DNA from: Candidatus Latescibacterota bacterium
Lineage (GTDB): Bacteria > Latescibacterota > UBA2968 > UBA8231
Direction: 5' to 3'
DNA: 64,000 nucleotides
Assembly (NCBI GenBank): GCA_965248265.1
Contig: CBDFJF010000001.1
Coordinates: 2,176,001-2,240,000, forward strand
The position numbers and the translations under genes were made by a program. This document shows, piece by piece, positions 9,797-20,028 of this stretch; positions within the stretch are counted from its first letter, which is position 1, and every line of letters begins with the position of its first letter. The notes under the pieces were generated by a model, which did no database searches, was not told where the DNA came from, and saw only the letters and a list, made by a program, of their open reading frames with translations.

Positions 9797-9800
9797 CCCA

Positions 9801-10613
9801 TCATACGCCGCAGAAAGCGGAGAACCCGCCATCCACCGCGACTATGGACCCGGTGACGAAGGAGGCGTTGTCCGACAACAACCAGAGGGCGGCGCCTACG
9901 ATCTCCTCCGGTTTGCCAAAGCGCGACATGGGCACATTCTGCAGCACGGTTTCGCCTCGCGCCGTGAGATTACCCGTCTGCGCGTCCTCGAGCAGGAAAC
10001 GGTTCTGCTCCGTGATCATGAAACCTGGAGCGATCGCGTTGACCCGTATCTGAGGGGCGTAGGTCGTCGCCATGTGCACGGCCAACCAGCGAGTGAAGCT
10101 GTCGGCGGCCGCCTTGCCGTTGGAGTATCCCAGAGCACGGGACAGCGGCAGCCCACCAGCGATTGAGGTGATGTTGACGATGGCCCCGGCTTTCTTTTGT
10201 GCGAACACCCGACCGACCGCCTGACAGGGGACTATGGCCGTGATGTGGTTGAGATCCATCGCTTTCCTGATCGCCGCCGGGGCGATATCGAAGAACTCGA
10301 GATCCGGAGTTGTGGTCGTGTTTTTGTCGCCGCCGCCGGCCCCGTTGACGAGCAAGTCGACGGTCGAAAACGCGGCGATCGTGCCTTCGAGGGCCTTGCC
10401 GACACTCTCCTCGTCCGTGGCATCGCACGCGAATGCAGCTGCCTCGCCGTCCTGGGCGGCAATCTGGTCGGCCCTTGCCTTACCCGCATCGGCGTTGATA
10501 TCCCATATGGCGACCCGGGCGCCCTCGCCCGCCAGGCCACTGGCGATCTCGCCGCATATCGCCCCGCCCGCGGCGGTGACGACGACGGTCTTGCCCTCGA
10601 ACTGCCCACTCAT
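9801..10613 (-). CDS. SDR family oxidoreductase (D-mannonate oxidoreductase-like)
   Basis: TAAGGAICG, LVNGAGG, YSNGK catalytic YxxxK, IRVNAIAPGF, VDGGFSA. Confidence 0.88.
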   Translation of the reverse strand: MSGQFEGKTVVVTAAGGAICGEIASGLAGEGARVAIWDINADAGKARADQIAAQDGEAAAFACDATDEESVGKALEGTIAAFSTVDLLVNGAGGGDKNTTTTPDLEFFDIAPAAIRKAMDLNHITAIVPCQAVGRVFAQKKAGAIVNITSIAGGLPLSRALGYSNGKAAADSFTRWLAVHMATTYAPQIRVNAIAPGFMITEQNRFLLEDAQTGNLTARGETVLQNVPMSRFGKPEEIVGAALWLLSDNASFVTGSIVAVDGGFSAFCGV

Positions 10614-10694
10614 GAAAAACACCTGTCTGGTTGATCTGCTTGCTGTGGCAGTGAGAATTAAGGGCAACCGCGTCCCCACTGGCAAGCCTCCTCC

Positions 10695-12593
10695 TTACCG
10701 CAACACCCTCACATCGCCGTTGCGCTGGGTGGTGCCGTCGCTGTCGAACCGATTCAGCAAAGCCAGGGCATAGCGTCGATTGCTGCCGATGAGATCACGG
10801 AAGCCGGATACGGTGATCTCGGAATGGGCCTGCAGATGTTGCCGCAGCCGTTCGCGCACGTCGTCGATCGTCGTCGTGTGAAGGACCAGGGTGCCCTCCA
10901 GGAAGGTCACCTGCCCCAATCCCTCCAGTGCTCTCAAAATGACTTCGACGCTTGTGGCATCGGCTCCGGCTTGCTGCGCCAGCTCCTTTGTATCGGGAAC
11001 CTGATCCAAGGTCGCCTTTCTCAAGGCAGTCTCTATCTGCTGCTTGAGTTGTTCTTCAGCCCCCGAGAACTGGATGCGATGATCGGCCGCGCGTACCAGG
11101 GATCCCTCGATGGCAATGCGGCCGTCCACCATCAGAGACTCCAGGACTCGTTGAAACAGGGATGGAGGCACGTAGCGACCCAGCTGACGGCGCAGATCCT
11201 CGCGGTTGAGCCCCTTGGCCAGCGGGGTCTGTTCGTGGAAGGCAGCCAGCATCTCCTCGATCCCGGTTGCGATCTCGTTCCAGCGCTGCGCGTGCACCAG
11301 ACTGTCTTCTTGATCGACGATCAGGCGCAGGGCGCGGCCGTCGCTGACCAGCTGTCCGGCCAGCTCGTGAACTTGCTCACGCGTCAGTCCCATGTCGCTG
11401 CCCAGTTTCAGCAGACTGGCAAAGCCGCTGCTGGTCCCTGCCAACTTTGCTTCCACGACCTCGGCTCCGTCCCCCGACTCGATCGCCTTGAGGCGCTCGA
11501 CGAGGCCGCGTTCCGTCCGTCGATGCTTGATCGGATGTGCTTCGAGGATCAACCCGCCGCCGATCGTCAACGGCGGGGAGTAACGCCTGATCACGAAACG
11601 GTCACCCCATGCGGCCGCGACCGGAGACTCTAATCGCAACTGTACCAATCCGTCCTCTCCAGGCTGCAGGCGATCCTGCTCCAGCAGAACCACCCGGGCC
11701 ATGACCTCACACGTGCCCAGGTGCAAACGCACTCGCGTCCGGTGCTCGAGTTCCTTGGGACAGCTGGAAACCAGGCGCAGACGCGCGTCCAGCATGGAAC
11801 TGGGGGCCAGCGATCCGGGCTCGGCCAGCACGTCTCCACGCTGAATCGGCAAACGCTCCTGTCCGACGACGTTGACGGCGGCCCGATCGCCGGCGCTGAC
11901 GGCATCCACTTCCTCTCCGTGGCGCTGCAGGCTGCGTGTGCGGACCTCCTTGCCTGCCGGCAGTACCTCCAGCTCGTTCCCCTTCGACAGGTTTCCCGAC
12001 AACACCGTGCCCGTGCACACCAGTCCGAAGCCCTTGGCAGAGAACGCGCGGTCGACGCTGAGCCTGAAAGGCCCCTCGGATCGCTTTTCCTGGGTCTGCG
12101 CGATGGTCTGCTCCAGCTGCTGCTTGAGGTCGTCCATTCCCACCATCGAGATCGCCGAAACCCGAACGATTGGAGCCTCCTCCAGAAAGGTCCCCGATAC
12201 CAGCTCGCGGATGTCTTCCTCCACCAGGTCCAACCAGTCATCATCTGCCAGGTCGACCTTGTTGAGCGCGATGACGCCGCGCTCAACACCCAAAAGCTCG
12301 AGGACATCAAGATGCTCCCGCGATTGCGGCATGACGCTGTCGTCCGCGGCGATGACGAGGAGGGCAACGTCGATCGTACTGACGCCGGCCACCATGGTCT
12401 TGACGAAGCGCTCGTGTCCGGGGACATCGATGATGGTGGCGTGTTCGCCATAAAAGGCGAAGCCCAACTCGATCGTTATTCCCCGAGCCTTCTCTTCTGG
12501 CGTTCGGTCGGTATCGGTACCGGTCAATCCCTTGACCAGCAAGGTCTTGCCGTGATCGATGTGGCCGGCCGTGCCTATGATGGTATGCGCCAT
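10695..12593 (-). CDS. selB: Selenocysteine-specific translation elongation factor
   Basis: [40 protein letters not shown]-terminal winged helix ending [16 protein letters not shown]. Confidence 0.95.
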   Translation of the reverse strand: MAHTIIGTAGHIDHGKTLLVKGLTGTDTDRTPEEKARGITIELGFAFYGEHATIIDVPGHERFVKTMVAGVSTIDVALLVIAADDSVMPQSREHLDVLELLGVERGVIALNKVDLADDDWLDLVEEDIRELVSGTFLEEAPIVRVSAISMVGMDDLKQQLEQTIAQTQEKRSEGPFRLSVDRAFSAKGFGLVCTGTVLSGNLSKGNELEVLPAGKEVRTRSLQRHGEEVDAVSAGDRAAVNVVGQERLPIQRGDVLAEPGSLAPSSMLDARLRLVSSCPKELEHRTRVRLHLGTCEVMARVVLLEQDRLQPGEDGLVQLRLESPVAAAWGDRFVIRRYSPPLTIGGGLILEAHPIKHRRTERGLVERLKAIESGDGAEVVEAKLAGTSSGFASLLKLGSDMGLTREQVHELAGQLVSDGRALRLIVDQEDSLVHAQRWNEIATGIEEMLAAFHEQTPLAKGLNREDLRRQLGRYVPPSLFQRVLESLMVDGRIAIEGSLVRAADHRIQFSGAEEQLKQQIETALRKATLDQVPDTKELAQQAGADATSVEVILRALEGLGQVTFLEGTLVLHTTTIDDVRERLRQHLQAHSEITVSGFRDLIGSNRRYALALLNRFDSDGTTQRNGDVRVLR

Positions 12594-12705
12594 ATGACGG
12601 AATCTAATCGGCTGCCGTCTCGGCAACAAAAGTGCTGCAGCTTTGTCGTCCCCATGGCATCCCCTATATTCGCGACCGCATTCACTGAAAAATAGAGGAC
12701 GAGTC

Positions 12706-13329
12706 TTGGCGGAAGTACTACACATCGATCCCGAGCATATCAGGGGTCGCTCGATCGCCCGTGCGGCGGAAATCCTCAGGGAGGGCCGGGTTGTCATTTA
12801 CCCGACGGACACGATCTACGGCATGGGATGTGACATCACCGTCAAAGCGGGACTCGAGCGGATCAGAAGGATGAAGGGGACGGACGCGAAGAAGCCGATG
12901 TCATTCGTGTGCAGCGACCTCAACGACATCAGCAGGTACGCCAAGGTGTCGAATTTTGCCTACCGCATCCTGAAGCGGTGTCTGCCAGGCGCCTACACTT
13001 TCGTGCTACCGGCGACGAAGGAGACCCCTCGAATGGTCCAGAGCAAGCAGAAGACGGTCGGCATTCGCATACCGGATCATCCCGTCCCGTTGGCTCTCGT
13101 GTCCGAGCTTGGCAACCCTATCGTCAGCACCAGCGCCAACCGCACAACAGAAGAGGTGATAACGGACCCCATCGACCTGGAACGCCAGTTCGGTTCACAG
13201 GTCGGAGTGATTCTCGAATGCGGCCTGCTCCCGGTGCAGCCATCAACCGTCATCTCCCTGGTCGGAGATGAGGTAACCATCCTGCGTGAAGGTCAGGGGG
13301 ATGTCGAGCTGTTTCGCGAGCCGGTGTAA
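12706..13329 (+). CDS. YciO/TsaC (Sua5/YrdC) family threonylcarbamoyl-AMP synthase-like protein
   Basis: YPTDTIYGMGC, LPGAYTFVL, KTVGIRIPDH, STSAN, PSTVI; TTG start after GAGG. Confidence 0.9.
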   Translation: MAEVLHIDPEHIRGRSIARAAEILREGRVVIYPTDTIYGMGCDITVKAGLERIRRMKGTDAKKPMSFVCSDLNDISRYAKVSNFAYRILKRCLPGAYTFVLPATKETPRMVQSKQKTVGIRIPDHPVPLALVSELGNPIVSTSANRTTEEVITDPIDLERQFGSQVGVILECGLLPVQPSTVISLVGDEVTILREGQGDVELFREPV

Positions 13330-13333
13330 GCAC

Positions 13334-13603
13334 TCAACTGTCTTCCTCGCCATCGTCGTCGTCTTCGAAGTAATCTCCGTATAACTCTACCAGTTCAGGG
13401 GTGTCACGAACGTATTGGCGCCAGTCATCGAGTACGGACTTCGAGTCCACGCACTTGGGACACAAAACCAGCATATTGTGTTCATCCGTGCCCTGAAAAC
13501 CGCGGTCGTAACACACCTTGCATTTCGATGTACGACGGTGATGCAGCGCCAGGTCTTTGGCTTTGTCCAGATGGTTGTCCGGTAGTCTCGGTGTTTCGCT
13601 CAT
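13334..13603 (-). CDS. Small protein with two CxxC motifs and an acidic tail (putative metal-binding)
   Basis: CKVC and CPKC, C-terminal FEDDDDGEEDS; start set at MSETP. Confidence 0.7.
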   Translation of the reverse strand: MSETPRLPDNHLDKAKDLALHHRRTSKCKVCYDRGFQGTDEHNMLVLCPKCVDSKSVLDDWRQYVRDTPELVELYGDYFEDDDDGEEDS

Positions 13604-13668
13604 GAAGTTATTGCTCGACGGGGTCTCCCGGCCTGATGCCCCGGGGTTGTGATAGAAGGAATCGAAAG

Positions 13669-16167
13669 ATGAAAAGTGACCATCAGCAACACAAGAGTAG
13701 TCCTCTTCTTCTAACCGTTGTTGGGGTTGCCCTGGCATTCACCCTGGGCATGTACCCGGCTCCCAGTATCGCGGTAGATTTTACTCCGTTTGCGGCCCGT
13801 ACTGAATTCCTGCCCCAATCACCGGGTGGGGCACGTACCGGCCTGTACGGGTACGTGAACCCGGCCATGCTGACCTATGTCGACGAAATGGAAAGCGTGT
13901 TCACCTGGTCGGATGAAACGGCCATCGCCGGTGCTGCCAACGACTGGGGGTGGTACATGGGACTGCCCCACCTGGGATTTGGCGTGGCAGACCGCGCCGT
14001 TCCCGGAGGTGGGGAAGGGTACAGGGAATACCGACTCGCCCTCGCCGGCGGCGATCGCACTCACGGCGTAGGTCTGGCCTACGGGTGGGCCAATGGTGGC
14101 ACCTCACTTGTACGGCCGCCAAACGTTCTCGTCATTGGCTCGCTGATCAGACCGTCACCATCCTTGTCAGTCGGTCTGACATTGACCTCGACACCCTCTG
14201 CCTCTGCTCGCGAGGGTGCCGCTGATCTGTCGTTGCGGCCACTCGCCGACGACCGTCTCACTCTGTTCGGCGCCGCGGCGGCATCGAACGACCGTGCCGG
14301 AGGAGAACGCTTCTGGAGGACCGGCGCAACCCTGACTCCATTGCCGGGATTGAGTATCTCCGCCGGCTATCGCGACGATGGGACCGTGACTGCCGGCGTC
14401 CACGTGAATCTTGGCAGTTTGGATCTGTGGACGCAGACGCTACGCAATCGGTCCTCCTCTGTGCCTGGCGGCCCGGAGCGGACCCGTCAGACCTATGCGA
14501 TCCGCCTCGGAGGCCAACGCGCCAATCTGATGTCTCTGCTGATGCCCAGCCCGACACGCTATCTGGACATCGACCTCAACGGACCGCTGAACCATCGTCG
14601 ATTCCCCCTCTTCGATCAGTCACGCACCTTGGCAAAGCTGTTGGTGACCATCCGGCAGGCGCAAGACGACCCTGACATCAGCGGCATCGCCATCAACACT
14701 TCTGGTATGCGCATAAGCTGGGAAAAAGCCTGGGAGGTGCGTCGTGCCTTGAAGGAATTCCGTCAGACCGGCAAGCAGATCGTCGTCTTTGCGGACCGCC
14801 TGGACCTGCGGGGTTATCATTTCGCCTCGATCGCCGACCGCCTTGTCCTCGACCCGGCCGGAATGGTAACCCTGGAGGGCTTTGTAGCTGGGCAGACCTA
14901 CTACAGTAAGGCGCTGGAGAAGATCGGCGTCGGCGTGGAGGAATGGCGCTACTTCAAATACAAGTCAATGTTCGAACCCCTGACCCGTGAACAGATGTCA
15001 GAGGCCGACCGAGAACAATGGCAGGCGTTGCTGGACGACTTCTACACACTGGCCCGCGACGAGATTGTCGCTGAGCGACCGTTGACGGGTGCGCAGTATG
15101 ACGAGCTCATCAACCAGACCGTGGTATTGTTTCCCTCCGAGGCCGTCGCTCACGGTCTCGTCGATACGCTGGGTCGTCCCGAGGACCTCGAATCCATCAT
15201 TGAGGCCTCCGTTGGATCCAGTCCGTTGATGATCGCGGACCATTCGTACCGACCGCATGCCCGCGACGATTGGGGGGAGCCTCCCAGAATCGCCGTCGTC
15301 TATGCACTGGGCATGTGCGCGATGGACAGCGGCATTCGCGCCCGCACCCTCATCAAGGACATCGAGACAGCGGTGGAGGACCAGCATGTCAAGGCAGTCG
15401 TCCTGCGCGTCGATTCGCCCGGGGGTTACGTACTGGCCTCTGACCGAGTTGCTGAAGCGGTGCGTCAGGGGCGTGATCACAAGCCCTTTGTCGTGTCGCA
15501 GGGATCGGTTGCCGCTTCAGGCGGCTATTGGCTTTCCATGTACGGTGACGCCGTGGTCGCCGCGCCCAACACCATCACAGGCTCGATCGGCGTGATTAGC
15601 GGATGGATCTACAACCGGGGATTGAAGGAGAAGCTGGCATTGTCCACCGACCACGTTCAGGTAGGCCGCCACGCCGATGCCAGGTTCGGCATGAGCCTGC
15701 CCCTGATCGGTGTGAAGTTGCCCGACCGCAACCTCAACCAGGCCGAAATGGCACGGGTCGAGCATGTCATCCGGACCACGTATGATCAGTTCGTCGGCAA
15801 GGTCGCCGACGGTCGAAAACGCACGCTAGAGGATATTGGTGAGATAGCGCAGGGCCGTGTCTGGTCTGGAGTACAAGCCCTGGAGATCGGCCTGGTCGAT
15901 CAGTTGGGTGGATTGGATGTAGCGATCAATGTAGCCAAACAGAAGGCGGGAATAGACGGTGTCCCCACCAACATCGTGGAGTATCCCCGTCTCGGTCTGT
16001 TCGATGCTGAACTACTCAGGCCGCAGCTGTTGGGAATCGGCGCTGGGGTACCCGATCAGCTGGAAGCGACGAACTCGGCCTCCGATTATCTGCGCTTCAG
16101 GATCGAGCACAACGGCGAGCCGCTGTTGCTGATGCCGATGGATCAAGCGTTGCGCCTTGGGAACTGA
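13669..16167 (+). CDS. sppA: Signal peptide peptidase SppA (S49) with a long N-terminal beta-strand-rich extension
   Basis: Signal peptide, tandem S49 domains, YKS, VLRVDSPGG, VAASGGYW, ITGSIGV, IAQGRVWSG. Confidence 0.88.
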   Translation: MKSDHQQHKSSPLLLTVVGVALAFTLGMYPAPSIAVDFTPFAARTEFLPQSPGGARTGLYGYVNPAMLTYVDEMESVFTWSDETAIAGAANDWGWYMGLPHLGFGVADRAVPGGGEGYREYRLALAGGDRTHGVGLAYGWANGGTSLVRPPNVLVIGSLIRPSPSLSVGLTLTSTPSASAREGAADLSLRPLADDRLTLFGAAAASNDRAGGERFWRTGATLTPLPGLSISAGYRDDGTVTAGVHVNLGSLDLWTQTLRNRSSSVPGGPERTRQTYAIRLGGQRANLMSLLMPSPTRYLDIDLNGPLNHRRFPLFDQSRTLAKLLVTIRQAQDDPDISGIAINTSGMRISWEKAWEVRRALKEFRQTGKQIVVFADRLDLRGYHFASIADRLVLDPAGMVTLEGFVAGQTYYSKALEKIGVGVEEWRYFKYKSMFEPLTREQMSEADREQWQALLDDFYTLARDEIVAERPLTGAQYDELINQTVVLFPSEAVAHGLVDTLGRPEDLESIIEASVGSSPLMIADHSYRPHARDDWGEPPRIAVVYALGMCAMDSGIRARTLIKDIETAVEDQHVKAVVLRVDSPGGYVLASDRVAEAVRQGRDHKPFVVSQGSVAASGGYWLSMYGDAVVAAPNTITGSIGVISGWIYNRGLKEKLALSTDHVQVGRHADARFGMSLPLIGVKLPDRNLNQAEMARVEHVIRTTYDQFVGKVADGRKRTLEDIGEIAQGRVWSGVQALEIGLVDQLGGLDVAINVAKQKAGIDGVPTNIVEYPRLGLFDAELLRPQLLGIGAGVPDQLEATNSASDYLRFRIEHNGEPLLLMPMDQALRLGN

Positions 16168-16189
16168 ATCGCCACCACACTGCTTCCGG

Positions 16190-16486
16190 CTAATCGTCAT
16201 CATTGTCCTGGCTTGGTGGTGGTGGCGGCACCCGGCGATCATTCGGTGCTGGTGATATGCGTCGCCGTCCACGACCCCGTCCGCGACCCCGTCCGCGGCT
16301 CTGATTGCCACCGGACCCACCGCTGCCATACGCCGTTTCGCTGAGCAGGAATGTTTCGATCACCGGGGCCACGTAGGCTACCTTCTTGATGAATTCGCGG
16401 CGGCTTGCGCCTGGGCGTTCGCCTTCGTTCGCATCCTGGGCCTGCGAATCAGACTGTTGGGTTTTCTCTTCGTCGGAATCAGACAT
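16190..16486 (-). CDS. Small peptide with a twin-arginine-like motif, YxxP segment and RG/Pro-rich tail
   Basis: SRREFIKKVAYVAPVIETF followed by GSGGSGG, RGRGRGRGRGRRR and PPPPP. Confidence 0.65.
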   Translation of the reverse strand: MSDSDEEKTQQSDSQAQDANEGERPGASRREFIKKVAYVAPVIETFLLSETAYGSGGSGGNQSRGRGRGRGRGRRRISPAPNDRRVPPPPPSQDNDDD

Positions 16487-16584
16487 CGTTTACTCGTGGA
16501 ATGTGATTGCGACTGCTCGTCGCACGAATATACCTCTGGCCGGGGAATCTTCCAATGTTGCGAGTGTCCGCATCCGTTGGCTCC

Positions 16585-17355
16585 CTACTCTCCGCTCTCG
16601 TAGAGATCATCCGGATCAGCTTCCGCCAGCTCCACCAGAAACTCTCCGATCCGATCCCCAAGACCCTGCAGACAGCGTTCACCCTTCTCCGGCGTGGCTG
16701 CGTGCGGATTGCCGATTCCGGTGTCCGCCGTCGCCTGCACCCAGTCGCGTGGCGACCAGGCCATCCCCTCTCTCAGGGCCTCGATCTTGAACTTGCGCTC
16801 TGCGCCGTCCCCCGCCTCTGACAACGGCAGGGCCCAGTCAGGGCGAATATGCTGAATCAGGCTGGTTTCCATTTCATCGGCATGATCACCAGCCTCCTGA
16901 AACAGCGACTGGTCCACCCATTTGTACCAATCCAGCGTGCACATGAACAAGCGGTAGTGCGGCCACAGCTCTCGTAACATCTGACGAAAATCGTTTCCAC
17001 CGTGTCCATTCAGGATCACCAGTTTGGGGATCCTCTGATGCTCGAGCACGTCGACGATGTCGCGCAGAACGGCCAGCTGTGTCGACGGATTCAGATTGAT
17101 ATCCAGCTTGATTTCGATCTGTGAGGTGTTGACGCCGAAGGGCACCGTCGGCAACACCACCACACGCGCCCCTTTGTCCCAGGCCTTGCCGGCCGCGGCC
17201 GCAGCGATCGACTCCGACTCCAGCACGTCGGTCCCGTACGGCAGGTGATAGTTGTGCGCCTCCGTGGCTCCCCAGGGCAGGATGGCCACTTCGTAGTCCG
17301 TCTGCGCGACTGTCTTCCATGTCGTTTCAGCGAGTATGTATGGCCTTCCAGTCAT
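16585..17355 (-). CDS. Creatininase family protein
   Basis: LPWGATEAHNYHLPYGTD, NGHGGN, DHADEMETS, TGIGNP. Confidence 0.92.
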   Translation of the reverse strand: MTGRPYILAETTWKTVAQTDYEVAILPWGATEAHNYHLPYGTDVLESESIAAAAAGKAWDKGARVVVLPTVPFGVNTSQIEIKLDINLNPSTQLAVLRDIVDVLEHQRIPKLVILNGHGGNDFRQMLRELWPHYRLFMCTLDWYKWVDQSLFQEAGDHADEMETSLIQHIRPDWALPLSEAGDGAERKFKIEALREGMAWSPRDWVQATADTGIGNPHAATPEKGERCLQGLGDRIGEFLVELAEADPDDLYESGE

Positions 17356-17486
17356 GACAGATAGAGATCTCCCGATTTGGTGCGAGTGTAGTTAGCATGC
17401 GAACCAGTCGCGCGTCGGTGCAGTTGTTTTTCATACGAAGTAATAATAGTCGCATCAATTGGAGATAACCACCGAAGTCCGCTCCG

Positions 17487-17515
17487 AGTTGCGCTCAGCG
17501 CAGTTGCGCTCAGCG
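17487..17515 (+). repeat. 15-nt tandem duplication AGTTGCGCTCAGCGC
   Basis: Two adjacent copies in the divergent intergenic region. Confidence 0.7.
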
Positions 17516-17605
17516 ACAGGGACGGCTTTCTTGATTCGATCCGCCTCCACGTCTCGGCCGCGGGTGCCGTATGGGAAATCTTTCAGAAACGAGGTTTTGA
17601 CGACA

Positions 17606-18811
17606 TTGCGCTGGGCATCTGCCATCACGAATGACCTGGATGTGAGGTCCGCTGTGGCCGACCTCAAGGCACAGCTGTCCTCCACGCTGGAAGACGAGCC
17701 TCTGGATCTGGCGCTCGCCTTCGTGAGTCCTCACTACGGTGACAGCTTCGACCTCCTTGCCGAGTTGATCACCTCCCAGATCGGTCCCCGACATTGTATC
17801 GGCTGCACGGCGATGGGCGTCATCGGCGGCGGACGGGAGATCGAGCAACAGCCCGCTCTATCGCTTACCGTGGCCAGACTACCGGATGTGGAGATCGACA
17901 CCTTCCACCTGGAAGCCGATGCCCTCCCCGATCCTGACGTCGGACCCGAGGCCTGGATCGATACGCTCGGAGTCCCGGGCGATCCCGTGCCCCAGTTTCT
18001 TCTGCTGGCAAACCCGATGGGGACAAGCGCTTTCGATCCGAGGCCGCTGTTGATGGGATTGGACTTCGCCTACTCACGGTCGATGGTCGTCGGCGGTCTG
18101 GCCTCGGCTCTGCAGGGCAATACCCTCTTCATCGATGGCGTGGTCGTGCATTCGGGGTGTGTCGGCCTTGCCCTGCGCGGCAACATCAGCGTCGACCCGG
18201 TCGTGGCACAGGGTTGCCGAGCCGTCGGTCAGCCAATGGTGATTACCGGCTGCACCGGACACTACCTGGAGGGATTGGACGATCGCCCCTCGTTTGAGGT
18301 GCTGCTCGAGTTGTTCCAGAATCTTCCGGAGTCCGACCAGGAGTTGATGAAGTCCAACGGCCTCTTCCTCGGCATCGCCTCTACGGCGCTCAAGCAGGAG
18401 CTCAAGCACGGTGACTTTCTGATCCGCAATGTCATCCGGCTGGATTCGTCCAGCGGCATAATCGGGGTCGGCGACATGCTGCGCCCGGGCCAGACGGTCC
18501 AGTTTCACCTGCGTGATGCAGACACGGCCACGGAAGATCTCGAACTCATGCTGCGACAGTACTCTGAGGCCGCCTCGACCCGGGACACGATTGGCGGATC
18601 GCCTGCCGGCGCATTGCTGTTCACCTGCACCGGGCGCGGCGAGCACCTGTTCGAGCGGCCGAACCACGACTCTGACAAGTTCACCGCGGCCATGGGTGAC
18701 ATACCGCTGGGTGGATTCTTCTGTGGAGGTGAGATCGGACCTGTGGGTGGCGCCACCCACCTGCACGGCTACACCTGCTCGTTCGCCATCTTCAGACCCG
18801 CCCACGGTTGA
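17606..18811 (+). CDS. FIST N/C domain signal transduction protein
   Basis: RWASA N-terminus, FVSPH, VAQGCR, DFLIRNV, GQTVQFHLRD, LLFTCTGRG, GFFCGGEIGPVG, LHGYT; start TTG 17597 or 17606. Confidence 0.9.
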   Translation: MRWASAITNDLDVRSAVADLKAQLSSTLEDEPLDLALAFVSPHYGDSFDLLAELITSQIGPRHCIGCTAMGVIGGGREIEQQPALSLTVARLPDVEIDTFHLEADALPDPDVGPEAWIDTLGVPGDPVPQFLLLANPMGTSAFDPRPLLMGLDFAYSRSMVVGGLASALQGNTLFIDGVVVHSGCVGLALRGNISVDPVVAQGCRAVGQPMVITGCTGHYLEGLDDRPSFEVLLELFQNLPESDQELMKSNGLFLGIASTALKQELKHGDFLIRNVIRLDSSSGIIGVGDMLRPGQTVQFHLRDADTATEDLELMLRQYSEAASTRDTIGGSPAGALLFTCTGRGEHLFERPNHDSDKFTAAMGDIPLGGFFCGGEIGPVGGATHLHGYTCSFAIFRPAHG

Positions 18812-18828
18812 GTCCGCAGGGGCGAACC

Positions 18829-20022
18829 CTACCCACGGGTACTGGCGATGGCCCATCGTCCCAGGGCCGGCAAGCGACCGAGCGCCGTCAGCCCAAGGGT
18901 TCCGGCTATGTCGCTCAGCAGTAGAGCCTGTAGCTGATTCCCAAGTCGTATACGCAGACCGAATTCACGCCGCCATTGCCGTCTGTAGGAGTCCAGCATC
19001 CGGGCGCCAGAGATAGCCCCGTCCAGGTAGCGGTCGGCGAGTGGCGCCGCCAGTTGTGCGGCGCGCAACGCCATCGAAATCCCGTCCCCGCACAGGGGTG
19101 CTATGGCGCCGGCGCTGTCACCGACGCACAATCGCCCGGTGTGCGGTGCAGGGCCGAATTGCAGGTTGGCCACGGCCAGGGCCTGCGACCAATCAGGCTG
19201 CAGCTGCTCCAGCCTGGAGGCGAGACTTGCATTGGCCGCCATCACCTGGTCGGCTAGCCGTTGCGGATCCTTGCCAACCCGGCGCAAGGCTGAGGATTTC
19301 ACCATGGCGCACACGTTCACTCGCTCACCTTCCACGGCAGCCAGGCCGAGATAACCGCCGTCGAAACCGTGTAACTCGACGGTGCTGCCCAGCTGTTCCG
19401 CGCCTTGAGTATGCAGTTTCAACCCCAGCATGCCATCGTCAGTCCCCGTCCCCCGGGACCACCACCTGGAGGCCTTCTCTCGCACGTGTTCACCCTCAGG
19501 AGGATGGCGCAGCAGAGCGCTCTGGCGGCCGCAGGCGTATATGACCAGGCGACATGCCAGCCGTTCACCCGACGCAAGATGGACAGCAGTAGATGCGGGT
19601 ACCGAATCGGTAGAGACTCTCTGGTGCAGGCCGTCGTCGTCGACCCCGGCGACACGGACCCCCTCGCGTACATCGACACCCGCACTCACGCACTGCTTCA
19701 GCAGCTGATAGTCCAACGCCGCCCGAGTGCACCCCACGGCATTCTGCGGCAGGCGCTCCTGCCACACCGCACCGCGTCGGCTGGAGACCAGAACCTGGTC
19801 GATATCGGGGCTGGTTGTCGCCAACCATTCACCCAGACCGAGATCCGCCAGGGCTGCGACGCCCTCGGAGGAAATGAATTCGCCGCAAAGTTTGTCGCGG
19901 GGAAACCTGGCCCGCTCCAGCAGTGTTACCCGCCTGCCTGCCCGCATCAGTTGGATTGCCATCGCAGAGCCAGCCGGACCGGCACCGATGACGACGACAT
20001 CAATGCGTTCGATCCCTTCCAC
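18829..20022 (-). CDS. FAD-dependent oxidoreductase (hydroxylase / geranylgeranyl reductase-like)
   Basis: VVIGAGPAGS, FPRDKLCGEFIS, VGDSAGAIAPLCGDGISMAL. Confidence 0.88.
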   Translation of the reverse strand: MEGIERIDVVVIGAGPAGSAMAIQLMRAGRRVTLLERARFPRDKLCGEFISSEGVAALADLGLGEWLATTSPDIDQVLVSSRRGAVWQERLPQNAVGCTRAALDYQLLKQCVSAGVDVREGVRVAGVDDDGLHQRVSTDSVPASTAVHLASGERLACRLVIYACGRQSALLRHPPEGEHVREKASRWWSRGTGTDDGMLGLKLHTQGAEQLGSTVELHGFDGGYLGLAAVEGERVNVCAMVKSSALRRVGKDPQRLADQVMAANASLASRLEQLQPDWSQALAVANLQFGPAPHTGRLCVGDSAGAIAPLCGDGISMALRAAQLAAPLADRYLDGAISGARMLDSYRRQWRREFGLRIRLGNQLQALLLSDIAGTLGLTALGRLPALGRWAIASTRG

Positions 20023-20028
20023 CTTCGT

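Noticed and set aside
10695-12593. Possible selenoprotein genes near selB
   Set aside because: I saw no gene with a convincing in-frame TGA; the only internal stop found (46167) is TAA.
17487-17515. Short tandem repeats here and at 35371 as CRISPR or phase-variation elements
   Set aside because: Only 2-3 units, no spacers, no cas genes; the namZ repeat is in frame.
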